The notes under the pieces: model-generated
Databases searched by the model: none
Told to the model about the DNA's origin: nothing
What the model saw: only the letters and a program-made list of their open reading frames with translations
Program-made: the position numbers and the translations under genes
NCBI GenBank assembly: GCA_041497195.1
Contig: JBGQGB010000002.1
Coordinates: 172,140 to 236,139 of the forward strand
DNA length: 64,000 nucleotides
Source of the DNA: Candidatus Doudnabacteria bacterium
Lineage (GTDB): Bacteria; Patescibacteriota; Doudnabacteria; UBA920; 2-01-FULL-46-14
Direction: 5' to 3'
Shown: piece by piece, positions 39,307-48,397 of the stretch
Position numbering within the stretch: position 1 is the first letter of the stretch
How the letters are laid out: every line of letters starts with the position of its first letter

Positions 39307-39788
39307 TTTGTCGTGCTCTTGGGGGGATACAAATCCTTGTCAATGTTGCGGTCAAAGCAAACCCGTCCTGAACCGTGCGCCCAGTTGTCATTAGCGCTGC
39401 CGTCATAGCCGGCTGGAGAAGGGGCTGACATGCGCGCCGGCAAAGGGACAGTTTTTGCCGAATTACTCATACTGGAACCGACATCAAAAGTAGCGCAAAG
39501 CTGAAAACTCTGGGGACTTGTCGCGACATACTGGTACTCCTGGCCGCTCTCGGGATCCCGCGGCACTGTAAAACCGGAAATCGAATCATTGAGCGCAGCC
39601 AGATTCTGCGGGAGAGTAGCTTTGCTCTGCCAATAATACAGAATCTGCGACTGGAGGTTCTGCAAATCCGAAACGCGCCTCTCGTCAAACCGTCGCAATC
39701 GTTCCTGCTGGGGTGAGCCGACTATAAAAAAACCCGTGACTACAGACACGGCTACCAAAACAATAACGATGTAAATGAAATACTTCAT
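39303..39788 (-). CDS. Membrane-anchored hypothetical protein (pilin/pseudopilin-like RxxDL and PxDP motifs)
   Basis: One TM, GSPQQERLRRFDERRVSDL, PRDPESG, FQLCATF...CF; coupled to the upstream gene. Confidence 0.65.
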   Translation of the reverse strand: MKYFIYIVIVLVAVSVVTGFFIVGSPQQERLRRFDERRVSDLQNLQSQILYYWQSKATLPQNLAALNDSISGFTVPRDPESGQEYQYVATSPQSFQLCATFDVGSSMSNSAKTVPLPARMSAPSPAGYDGSANDNWAHGSGRVCFDRNIDKDLYPPKSTTK

Positions 39789-40282
39789 TCATCTTTGTGC
39801 TTACGTAAGTCCCAGAGGTAGTAGGAAAAAATTGAACCGGCGATAAACAGGACTGTCAAAACTTTCAAGATAAAACGCACTGTCAAATCGCCGCCCAGAA
39901 GGTTGTAGACCAGGGTCACCAAATCGCCAATAATAATCACGGCAGCTACAAACAACGTCAGATAAATGAGCCATTTTCTGATGCGCAAACTCAGCTTTTC
40001 TGGATCGGATGAGTAAATCTTATTGAGATATTTTGTCACCAAAATATAAGTCGGAAAAACGATTATCAACGAAGCGATAGACCAACGAATGGAACTATAG
40101 GCGGACGTCAGCGCGTAGGAATTTTGCTCCAAAGGATCAGGAATCGAAATATTTATATAATTAAAAATCAGCGACCAAAAACTGCCAGCGCTGAAATAGA
40201 GCGTAAAAATGGCCAAAAGATGCAGAAATACGTCTCGCGGCCCGCCTTTTGATACTGTTTTGCCACTAACCTCTGGGGTCAT
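39785..40282 (-). CDS. DUF5671-like membrane protein
   Basis: PRDVFLHLL, IRWSIASLIIVFP, RKWLIYLTLF, RFILK. Confidence 0.7.
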   Translation of the reverse strand: MTPEVSGKTVSKGGPRDVFLHLLAIFTLYFSAGSFWSLIFNYINISIPDPLEQNSYALTSAYSSIRWSIASLIIVFPTYILVTKYLNKIYSSDPEKLSLRIRKWLIYLTLFVAAVIIIGDLVTLVYNLLGGDLTVRFILKVLTVLFIAGSIFSYYLWDLRKHKDE

Positions 40283-40330
40283 ATTGATTGAAATATAGCA
40301 CTTTAGCCGTTTGCCAACAAGCCAGAAGTC

Positions 40331-41863
40331 CTAGCCTGAATAGCCGGTAAAAAAATCAGTTTTGATATTATGACTGGCGACTCCCATTTTTTGCAGCATC
40401 TTCTTGTAAGACACGACCATCGGGTCTGGCCCGGAAACATAAAACAGACAGTCTTGCCAATTCGGGACCTCGCTCTTAATCATGTCACTATCGATACGCC
40501 CGGTTTTGCCTTTCCAAGCGCTGCCGGCACTTTGAGAGTCGGTTGTTGTGCGCACGATTTTTAGACCGATTTTTTCGGAAGCTTCTTGAAACAAATCGCC
40601 AAACACAAATTCTTCCGGTGAGCGGCTCGCATACAGAAGGGTAATGGAAACTTTCTGGCCCCTGTCGAGAATATCCCGAATAATGCTGCGAAACGGCGTG
40701 ACTCCGATTCCGCCAGCGATAAAGACTAAATGCCGGCTAGTTTTGTTTCTTACGACAAACTCACCCTCTTTATTGCTGGCTATAATTTTCTGGCCAGGCT
40801 TCAAATCTTTCAAGGCTTTTTTGAAACTACTTGAGACCTCGACAAATTTCGTAACCAGTAAAATACCTTTCTCACTCGGAGCAGATGCAATCGTAAAATA
40901 GCGCCTGATGCCTCGGCTGTCCGGATGTGAGTGGGGGAGCGTCCATTCCAAAAACTGCCCGGCTGTAAAAACAAAAGGCCGCTCCGGCTCAAACCAAAAG
41001 GCGACGGTGTCCTTTGACAACGACATTGTTTCACGCAAACGCAAAACCAGACGAATGTCGCGTGAAAAAATACGTGACCCAACATTACCGACAAGCAAAG
41101 CCAGTTCGAGACTATAGGGGACCTGCGTATACCTTTGCACTGCTATCAAAACCAGAGCAACAAAGACTCCGAAATAAATCCTAGGCAATCTATTCTGCGG
41201 GCCCGTGAGAGGCTCTATCAGCATGACAAAGGTAAAAAACAAAAGTGGAGAATATAAAACTAAGCTCTTCAGGAGCGGCCAAAACGTACCGATCCCAGCG
41301 GGGGAAAATGCTGACCCGACGAATAGAGCCGCGAAATATGTAAGAAGAAAACTGAGTGCCAAATGCCAGCGTCGGATCTTTCCCACAACTAGCACACCAC
41401 CGAGAATAATAAAAGGGACTAGAAATTGGTTCCCGACCCACCAACTAGCGCCTGTTTTTAGCAGAAGTGCTGAAACCACGACGGCAAAAGCAGTAGGATT
41501 TAAAATATGCCTTTTATTTATGACCAGAAGATATTTGGAAGCCATGGCCACTACAGCGATGGCAGCCAAAACCCAAACGCTGGCGAAGGGAGCCAACGGA
41601 CCAACTATCAAAGCCAAAATCAATCCGGTGATAAGTGCTGATTCAGGATTCGGCGTGGTCCGAAAAACGTAGGCGAACAGCTTGTTACTAGCATAACTCA
41701 CCAAAACCAAAAAGCCTCCGGATAACAAAATGTCCGTAGCCTTGAAAGCCAGGACTCCCGCAAAGCTGAGAAGAGAAGCAATTGCTACTAAACCAATCAA
41801 GTAGTACAGCATTAACCTGTACATGGTCACTCGATTGAGAATGTCCTGGAAAAACTTACTCAA
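40331..41863 (-). CDS. RnfD/NqrB-like membrane domain fused to an FNR-type FAD/NAD(P)-binding oxidoreductase
   Basis: SALITGLIL, ASKYLL..RHILNPTA, MLIEPLT; C-terminal FTAGQF, RRYFTIASAP, FIAGGIGVTPFRS, YVSGP. Confidence 0.85.
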   Translation of the reverse strand: MSKFFQDILNRVTMYRLMLYYLIGLVAIASLLSFAGVLAFKATDILLSGGFLVLVSYASNKLFAYVFRTTPNPESALITGLILALIVGPLAPFASVWVLAAIAVVAMASKYLLVINKRHILNPTAFAVVVSALLLKTGASWWVGNQFLVPFIILGGVLVVGKIRRWHLALSFLLTYFAALFVGSAFSPAGIGTFWPLLKSLVLYSPLLFFTFVMLIEPLTGPQNRLPRIYFGVFVALVLIAVQRYTQVPYSLELALLVGNVGSRIFSRDIRLVLRLRETMSLSKDTVAFWFEPERPFVFTAGQFLEWTLPHSHPDSRGIRRYFTIASAPSEKGILLVTKFVEVSSSFKKALKDLKPGQKIIASNKEGEFVVRNKTSRHLVFIAGGIGVTPFRSIIRDILDRGQKVSITLLYASRSPEEFVFGDLFQEASEKIGLKIVRTTTDSQSAGSAWKGKTGRIDSDMIKSEVPNWQDCLFYVSGPDPMVVSYKKMLQKMGVASHNIKTDFFTGYSG

Positions 41864-42272
41864 CGATTATGGCGCCGCCCTTACTGGCATTGAGGTGATT
41901 GTGATACCCCCAATGGCCAGTTTTTGTAAAAGTGAACGAATAGGATTGCCCTGGCAGCGTACCTGCCAGAGCGTCGAAGCCCGGGTAGTCAGTATGGATC
42001 GGGTGTGGATTGGAAGCAGTCCACATCGGGTCCGAGCTTTGGTTCACAAAAGTCACTGTCTCGCCGGCTTTGATAGTGAGTGTTGCAGGAGAGTAACCTG
42101 AGTCCGTATAAATTACAGTGTTGCCGGAATTTGCCGGCTCGTTTCCACCACTCGACTGGGTGCCTCCCGGTCTTTGCGGTGTAATGGAGGGGACGGGAGC
42201 AGTGTGCTTAAAAAAATACCACCCTCCCAGGATGACAACGATGACCACAATTGCTATGATGAGTGTTTTCAT
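41856..42272 (-). CDS. Membrane-anchored cupredoxin-fold protein lacking the type-1 Cys
   Basis: GYSPATLTIKAGETVTFVN, SNPHPIH, PGQSYSFTFTKTGHWGYHNHLN..GAIIVE. Confidence 0.8.
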   Translation of the reverse strand: MKTLIIAIVVIVVILGGWYFFKHTAPVPSITPQRPGGTQSSGGNEPANSGNTVIYTDSGYSPATLTIKAGETVTFVNQSSDPMWTASNPHPIHTDYPGFDALAGTLPGQSYSFTFTKTGHWGYHNHLNASKGGAIIVE

Positions 42273-42337
42273 TCTTATTCCGATGAATTGTTAAACTTTC
42301 TGTGTTTCTCCCTCTTTACTTTCCCTCTTCAATCAGA

Positions 42338-43030
42338 TTATAAACGATTTTTTATTATAGTCCAAATCCCAACGATCTCATCGACCCAGCCGATTTTTTT
42401 TCCCTCCGCAAATTTCCGCGGATAATAACTGATAGGGACCTCGCGAATAGCAAAACCCTTTTTCAGCAATTTGACTGTCAATTCTGCTTCAAATTCGAAA
42501 CCATTACTTTGCAAATTCAGTGGCTTCAGTGCCGCAAGGGGCACGAGTTTGTAACAAGTATACACGTCAGTGAGTTGCCCACCGTAAAGCAGATTCACTA
42601 ACATAGTAATAATTTTGACCCCTAAAACATAAAGCGGATAACCGCGCCGTTTTGGGTTGAGGTTTCTCGAACCATAGACCACCTGTACCCTCGGCGGCTC
42701 CAGTTTCTCAAGTAAAAGCGGGATTTCAGCCGGGTCATACTCCAAATCAGCGTCTTGAATAATCACATAATCGCCCGTGGCGCTCGAGAGCGCAGTCCGG
42801 ACAGCCTGACCTTTGCCTTGATTGGTTTTGTGAGTCAAAAAAATCATCCCGCTTTGCGGATGTGATTTTGTCCATTCCAATATTTTTTTTGCGGTCAGAT
42901 CACGCGAAGCGTCATCAACGACTAGTATTTCCGGAGTCCATCCCGGAATGCTCAATTTGCCGAGCTTGGTCAAAATCGCGGCAATCGTTTGTTCTTCGTC
43001 AAAAACCGGTACAATAATTGAGAGTTTCAT
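42338..43030 (-). CDS. GT2 glycosyltransferase (DPM1/polyprenol-phosphate glycosyltransferase-like)
   Basis: SIIVPVFDEE, VDDASRD, NQGKG, IQDADLEYDP, FEFEAE. Confidence 0.9.
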   Translation of the reverse strand: MKLSIIVPVFDEEQTIAAILTKLGKLSIPGWTPEILVVDDASRDLTAKKILEWTKSHPQSGMIFLTHKTNQGKGQAVRTALSSATGDYVIIQDADLEYDPAEIPLLLEKLEPPRVQVVYGSRNLNPKRRGYPLYVLGVKIITMLVNLLYGGQLTDVYTCYKLVPLAALKPLNLQSNGFEFEAELTVKLLKKGFAIREVPISYYPRKFAEGKKIGWVDEIVGIWTIIKNRL

Positions 43031-43087
43031 TATCAACCGAAAAACTCTAAACGAATCAGTTTTTTCAGACTATCCGCTGCATGGCTT

Positions 43088-43161
43088 TGGCTCCGGGACT
43101 TGGATTCGAACCAAGATTACCAGATTCAGAGTCTGGCGTCCTACCATTAGACGATCCCGGA
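43088..43161 (-). tRNA. tRNA-Gln (anticodon CTG)
   Basis: TCCGGGA/TCCCGGA acceptor stem with U1-A72, CCAGA-CT-CTG-AA-TCTGG anticodon arm, GGTTCGAATCC T-loop, encoded CCA. Confidence 0.97.
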
Positions 43162-43258
43162 ATGCTTTGAAATTATAACGGAAAGTCGCCTGATTTGACA
43201 AAGCGCTGACCTGCCGATACCTTATAAGTAAGAGACATTAAAAATTAATGAAACAAAA

Positions 43259-43435
43259 ATGTTCTTTGCACTCGCACTGGTCCTTTTCGGGGTTGCATGG
43301 ATGCTGCGGAGCCTCGGTGTCTATAACGACCAAGTTTTTGGCCTAGTAGGCTCGTTTTTGCTCATCTTTGCAGGAGTGCTCAAACTCTTGCAGTTGAATA
43401 GCAAACACTCTTCCAAAGACGAACACGGCTTTTAG
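43259..43435 (+). CDS. 58-aa 2-TM protein (LiaF/DUF5668-like hairpin), missed by the ORF track
   Basis: MFFALALVLFGVAWMLRSLGVYNDQVFGLVGSFLLIFAGVLKLL...; TTGACA at 43195. Confidence 0.6.
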   Translation: MFFALALVLFGVAWMLRSLGVYNDQVFGLVGSFLLIFAGVLKLLQLNSKHSSKDEHGF

Positions 43436-43438
43436 CTC

Positions 43439-44389
43439 TTAGCCCAAAATTTTAGCTTCCAGATTGCGGTGTCCGTTCAAAAATTCTTCAGAAGGCAGCC
43501 GCCTGGCACCTTGCGCCTGCAAGGATTTGATTTGCAAAAAAGTCAGTTTAGTTCCAGAGTTCTGTCCGCAACTGACTATCAATCGCGGTCCTGCTTCCAC
43601 GATTTGGCCAGGCTGTTTAGGGTCCTGCGCCAGGCTGAGTGGAACCACCTCGTAAATTTTCAGAAGCTGGCCCTCGAGAGTCGTCCACGCAACCGGCCAG
43701 GTCTCGAAAGCCCTAATCATTCTATCGATTGCCTCAGCACTGTCCCGCCAATCAATGCGGACATTTTTTTTGCTGATTTTCTGTGTAAATGTTGCCTGTG
43801 CTTCTTCCTGCGGCACCGGCTTGATCTGTCCATCTAAATATTCGGGTAAAACTTTGACTAGAAGCTGAGCCCCGAGCTTGGCCAACTCGTCGTGAAGCTG
43901 CCGATAGCCGAATCGCTTACCTGTTAAATTCACAGCAGCTTTTGCCACGATAGCACCATGATCCAAAAGCTCGTCCATCCTTATAATAGTTACGCCGGTT
44001 TCAAAATCACCATTCAGGATGGCGGCTTGAATAGGGGAGGCTCCGCGATATTTGGGCAGAAGCGAGGGATGAACATTCAAAAACCCAAATCTTGGGATTT
44101 GCAAATATTTTTTTGGGATGATCTCACCGTACGAAGCGAGTACAAAGAGTTCGCAGCCGGCCAGTTTTTCGAGCAAATCATCGTCGTCCAAAAGCGATTC
44201 TGGTTGAAACACCGGGACCTTTTTTTCAACAGCCCATTTTTTGACTGGAGAGGAAACCATTTTTTTTGACCGACCAGCTGGTCTATCCGGTTGAGTGACG
44301 ACCGCTCCGATCTCATAGCTGGCAGCTTCGAGCAACTTTTGCAGAATGGGAACTGCAAAATCCGAAGTGCCAAAAAACGCGAGTTTCAT
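43439..44389 (-). CDS. fmt: Methionyl-tRNA formyltransferase
   Basis: FFGTSDFA, VTQPDRPAGR, NVHPSLLPKYRGASPIQ. Confidence 0.96.
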   Translation of the reverse strand: MKLAFFGTSDFAVPILQKLLEAASYEIGAVVTQPDRPAGRSKKMVSSPVKKWAVEKKVPVFQPESLLDDDDLLEKLAGCELFVLASYGEIIPKKYLQIPRFGFLNVHPSLLPKYRGASPIQAAILNGDFETGVTIIRMDELLDHGAIVAKAAVNLTGKRFGYRQLHDELAKLGAQLLVKVLPEYLDGQIKPVPQEEAQATFTQKISKKNVRIDWRDSAEAIDRMIRAFETWPVAWTTLEGQLLKIYEVVPLSLAQDPKQPGQIVEAGPRLIVSCGQNSGTKLTFLQIKSLQAQGARRLPSEEFLNGHRNLEAKILG

Positions 44390-44859
44390 GGTCGTATTTT
44401 TTTAAATTTATCAATTATCAAAACTCCGTGGAGGTGGTCAATCTCGTGCTGTAAAACTTTTGCCAAAAGCCCTTGGGCGCGCAGCACTATCCGTTTACCT
44501 TGCTCGTTGAACGCTTCCACTTCGACCCGAGCCGGCCTTTTGACTTGCCCAAACAAATTGGGGATGGATAAACATCCTTCTTGCATGTCTGTCTTTTTGA
44601 TCGACCTTGAAAGGACTTTGGGATTAAAAAGGGGGAACACTGGCGTGCCAAACTCTTCCAAATTGATAACTGCCAAATTTAAATTCTTACCGATTTGCGG
44701 GGCTGCCAGCCCTATCCCCGGCGCTTTGCGCACATTCAACTTCATGTCCTCGACTAGTTTTTTGATTTCGGCCGACAAAGGAAATGTTATATCGGAGTTC
44801 GAACCGCGCAATATTTTTTCGTCTCCGGGCAAGATGTGCAGTCTCAAAAGTTTCGCCAT
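44386..44859 (-). CDS. def: Peptide deformylase
   Basis: GIGLAAPQIG, EGCLSIP, QHEIDHLHG. Confidence 0.97.
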   Translation of the reverse strand: MAKLLRLHILPGDEKILRGSNSDITFPLSAEIKKLVEDMKLNVRKAPGIGLAAPQIGKNLNLAVINLEEFGTPVFPLFNPKVLSRSIKKTDMQEGCLSIPNLFGQVKRPARVEVEAFNEQGKRIVLRAQGLLAKVLQHEIDHLHGVLIIDKFKKIRP

Positions 44860-44895
44860 TTTTCTATTTTAGCATTCAATCAGCAAATCAGAAAA

Positions 44896-46908
44896 TCAAA
44901 GCAACTCCTCAGGATCCACGTCAATATCAACAGCTCCGGGTAAGTTTCGCAAAAATTGATAAAGGTCAGAACTCGGCTCATTTGTAACTCTCAAAATAAT
45001 CCGAAATTGATATTGGCCACGAAGCTTCGCGATAAAAGCCGGTAAGGGTCCCAAAATCTCAACTGACGTGCTGGCCTGGAGTGACAATCGTTTATGGAGG
45101 TCGTCAGCCTCTTTTGCGGCTTTGTCTGCTTGTTTATTTTTTACGGTCAATTTGACGAGACGGACAAACGGCGGGTAAAGGAACCTTTCGCGTTCTCTTA
45201 TTTCCGCTTTGTAGAACTTCTCGTAATCGTGAGTTTTGGCCGCCTCGATCGCGTAGTTTTCCGGGTGATACGTTTGCAAGATGACCAATCCTGACTGACC
45301 ACCACGACCAGTCCTGCCGGCTACTTGAGTCAACACTTGAAACGTGCGCTCGTTCGAACGAAAATCAGGCAAAGACAAAATCGTGTCAGCCGAAACGACC
45401 CCCACCAGTCCCACCCGGCCAATATCCCAGCCTTTGGTGATCATCTGTGTGCCGATCAAGATTTGAATCTTTCCCGCCGCCCACTCATGATATATATTCG
45501 AGCCTGCCCCGACCCCGGCTGTAACGTCACTGTCCATCCTCGCGATAATAGGACGTGTTTTTCCGCCGAAATCGCTCATCAAAAATTTTTTCAATTCAGT
45601 CTCAACACGTTGAGTACCCAACCCAAAAATTCCTATGCGATGGCTGCCGCAGGAAGGGCATGCGTCGGGCAGGGGATAGCTTCGGCCGCAGTGATGACAG
45701 ATGAGTTTCGCAGCAGTCTCGTGCCACACCAAATTTACTGAACAATACTGGCAAAGGGGGATATAGCCACAGTCTCGGCACATCACGAGATTGGCTGTGC
45801 CGCGTCGGTTGAGGAAAAGAATTATCTGTCGGCCGGCTTTGAGATTATCCAGAATCTGGAGCTTCAAAAATTCGCTGAAAATCGAATAATTTTCCCCCCG
45901 TCTTTCCTCTCGCATATCCACAACATGAACCTTGGGCATGCCCAAATCAGCCTTTATCCGGTGGGGTAAAACCAGAAGTTTGATCTTTCCCTCCACTGCC
46001 CTTTGATACGTTTCCACAGAGGGGGTAGCGTCTCCTAGGACCAAGGGGCAGTGCCAAAGTTCGGAGAGGCGCTCCGCAACGGTCCTGGCGTGATATTTCG
46101 GATTTTGATCATACTGTTTAAACGACTGATCGTGCTCCTCGTCGAGAACAATAAGTCCCAAGGACCGCACCGGCGCAAACATGGCCGATCTGGGGCCGAT
46201 GATTATTTTTTTTTCGCCAGAGCGGATCTTCTGCCATGTCCAGAATCTTTCCGCCTGGCCCAGTTTGCTGTGAAGGAGCGCGATGGAATCAATGCCAAAC
46301 CGCCTGGCAAAACGCTCCACCGCGGGATCGGTCAAAGAAATCTCCGGCACCAGCATCAACACTTGACTCCCGCCCTCCAGAACGCGCTCGAACAACTGCA
46401 TATAGACTTCTGTTTTTCCCGACCCCGTGACTCCATGCAATAAAAAAACTCCTGTTTGTCCCAAAGAAGCCGAGATTTGGGCGACTGCCTGATGCTGGGC
46501 TTCCGTCAAAACAAAATCGGGATTGTATTTTTCATAACCGACTAGCCCGGATGACCTGACTTTTTTGCTTCTTGCCGGCAACATAGCTTTAACTGCCGAA
46601 CCCAAAGACGTGACATAATATTGAGCCAGCCAATTTGCCAGATTCAGATTCTGTTCGCTAAGTACCGGCGTCGCGTCTGCCAGCTCCGTTAAAATTTTGT
46701 ACCCTTTTGTCTCTGTTTCCAGGCGGTGGATTTCAAAAGAACATACGACACCAAAAATCTGGCGTGGACCAAAAGGGACTTTCACCAATTGGCCAGGCCG
46801 CATTTGACCTTGAAATTTCAACGGTACCAGATAGGTGAAAATTTGGGCGGATTTGAGAGCGACCCGCGTTAAGGGAATGACATTGACCGCTCGTTTAAAT
46901 TCCGGCAT
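44896..46908 (-). CDS. priA: Primosomal protein N' (PriA)
   Basis: GVTGSGKTEVY, LVPEISLT, DEEHD, four CxxC motifs, QVAGRTGR. Confidence 0.95.
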   Translation of the reverse strand: MPEFKRAVNVIPLTRVALKSAQIFTYLVPLKFQGQMRPGQLVKVPFGPRQIFGVVCSFEIHRLETETKGYKILTELADATPVLSEQNLNLANWLAQYYVTSLGSAVKAMLPARSKKVRSSGLVGYEKYNPDFVLTEAQHQAVAQISASLGQTGVFLLHGVTGSGKTEVYMQLFERVLEGGSQVLMLVPEISLTDPAVERFARRFGIDSIALLHSKLGQAERFWTWQKIRSGEKKIIIGPRSAMFAPVRSLGLIVLDEEHDQSFKQYDQNPKYHARTVAERLSELWHCPLVLGDATPSVETYQRAVEGKIKLLVLPHRIKADLGMPKVHVVDMREERRGENYSIFSEFLKLQILDNLKAGRQIILFLNRRGTANLVMCRDCGYIPLCQYCSVNLVWHETAAKLICHHCGRSYPLPDACPSCGSHRIGIFGLGTQRVETELKKFLMSDFGGKTRPIIARMDSDVTAGVGAGSNIYHEWAAGKIQILIGTQMITKGWDIGRVGLVGVVSADTILSLPDFRSNERTFQVLTQVAGRTGRGGQSGLVILQTYHPENYAIEAAKTHDYEKFYKAEIRERERFLYPPFVRLVKLTVKNKQADKAAKEADDLHKRLSLQASTSVEILGPLPAFIAKLRGQYQFRIILRVTNEPSSDLYQFLRNLPGAVDIDVDPEELL

Positions 46909-47029
46909 TAAGCTATAATTTAAGCAGATGAACAGAATTAGTATAACATGATTCGCCTTGGTTTATTTGGAATTTTTTCTCAACCGTTTTACAAATGACA
47001 AATATTTTTAGAATTGGGAGCGAAGCAGT

Positions 47030-47584
47030 ATGCGCGATACAGACAAGCGACTTTTTGTAAGCATTGACTTACCGCAGTTTATCAAGGACCACCTCAAGAG
47101 ATCCAGCCAGCCGGGCGTCTACTGGATCAAATGGATGAATCCTGGCAACCTGCATATTACCTTAAGTTTTCTGGGAGATCTCAAGCCCGGCCAAATAGAA
47201 ACAGCCAAACGCGTTTTGGCGGAAGTCGTCCCCCGGTTTGCGCCTTTTTCAATAAAGCTCGATAAAGTAGTGGGGGAGCGGGACATGCTCTGGCTGGAAC
47301 CGGATAACCCCGAGAAGTTGATCGAGCTGCAAACGGAGCTAAAAAATAGTTTGAAACAAGAAAGGCTGGGCAAAAGAGAGAAATGGAGCTACACGCCTCA
47401 CGTCCTTTGGGCAAAGTCGAAAACTGGGCGGCGCATGACCTGGCAGCCGCAAAATTTTGTCGGCCAAGAATTCACGGCCGAAAAAGTAAATCTGTATGAG
47501 AGTCAGCTCACTCCGGGAGCGGCTACCCATACACTTCTGGCGAGTTGGCCTCTAAGCGAAACTGCTCCTCAACATGAAAATTGA
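47030..47584 (+). CDS. thpR: RNA 2',3'-cyclic phosphodiesterase (2H phosphoesterase)
   Basis: RLFVSI, LHITLSFLG, YTPHV, LYESQL; second HxT motif is degenerate (HVL). Confidence 0.8.
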   Translation: MRDTDKRLFVSIDLPQFIKDHLKRSSQPGVYWIKWMNPGNLHITLSFLGDLKPGQIETAKRVLAEVVPRFAPFSIKLDKVVGERDMLWLEPDNPEKLIELQTELKNSLKQERLGKREKWSYTPHVLWAKSKTGRRMTWQPQNFVGQEFTAEKVNLYESQLTPGAATHTLLASWPLSETAPQHEN

Positions 47585-48380
47585 CGTTTTAGGTATAAAA
47601 ATAGACGCTGCCAGACGCAACGAAATTTTATGGCAAATTTTGACACGTCTAGAAAACAACCAGCAAACATTTATCGTAACTCCCTATTCCGAATCAATAG
47701 TCGCTGCGCAGAAAGATTTGGCGTACAAAGAAATATTGAACGATGCGGATATTGCTCTGCCTGATGGGATTGGCATCCTCTGGGCAGCAAAGTGTTTATC
47801 TCTCCCAAACCCAAAAAAAAGTTTTTGGCGCGCATTGTGGCAGCTCAAATATTCACTGGCGGCAATAGTCTTTGCTCCAAAATTTATCCGGAGCCCAATC
47901 CCGGAAAAAATCTCTGGCTCAGAATTTGTCTGGGACTTGTGCAAGCTCGCAGAACAAAATCACAAAACTATATTTTTACTAGGCGGCTTTGGTGATACGG
48001 CAGTACGGGCTGCAGGCGCATTAAAAAAAAATCATCCGAGTTTAAACATCGCGGGCACGTATGAAGGCAACTCGGACGAGCCCGGAATCGTTGGAAAAGT
48101 TAACGAGACCAAGGCCGATATTCTTCTCGCAGCTTTTGGTCCTGTCAGGCAAGAAAAATGGCTGGCCGAAAACAGGCACAAACTCAATGCCAGTGTTCTG
48201 ATTGGCTTAGGAGGCACCTTTGACTATCTGGCCGGTAATAGGCCCCCAGCACCCAAATTTTGGGCTATAATGGGCTTGGAATGGCTATGGCGCCTCTTTA
48301 CCCAGCCCTGGCGAGCAGTGCGAATTAGCAAGGGCATATTCAGCCTCATATACTACGCTTTTTTGGCAAAACTCAAGTAA
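47574..48380 (+). CDS. WecB/TagA/CpsF-family glycosyltransferase
   Basis: PDGIGI, IFLLGG, QEKW, GLGGTFDY, GLEWLWRL. Confidence 0.9.
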   Translation: MKIDVLGIKIDAARRNEILWQILTRLENNQQTFIVTPYSESIVAAQKDLAYKEILNDADIALPDGIGILWAAKCLSLPNPKKSFWRALWQLKYSLAAIVFAPKFIRSPIPEKISGSEFVWDLCKLAEQNHKTIFLLGGFGDTAVRAAGALKKNHPSLNIAGTYEGNSDEPGIVGKVNETKADILLAAFGPVRQEKWLAENRHKLNASVLIGLGGTFDYLAGNRPPAPKFWAIMGLEWLWRLFTQPWRAVRISKGIFSLIYYAFLAKLK

Positions 48381-48397
48381 AATATAATCGTTCATAT

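Noticed and set aside
43088-43161. tRNA-Gln as a prophage or island integration site
   Set aside because: No duplicated tRNA 3' end and no integrase seen in the window.
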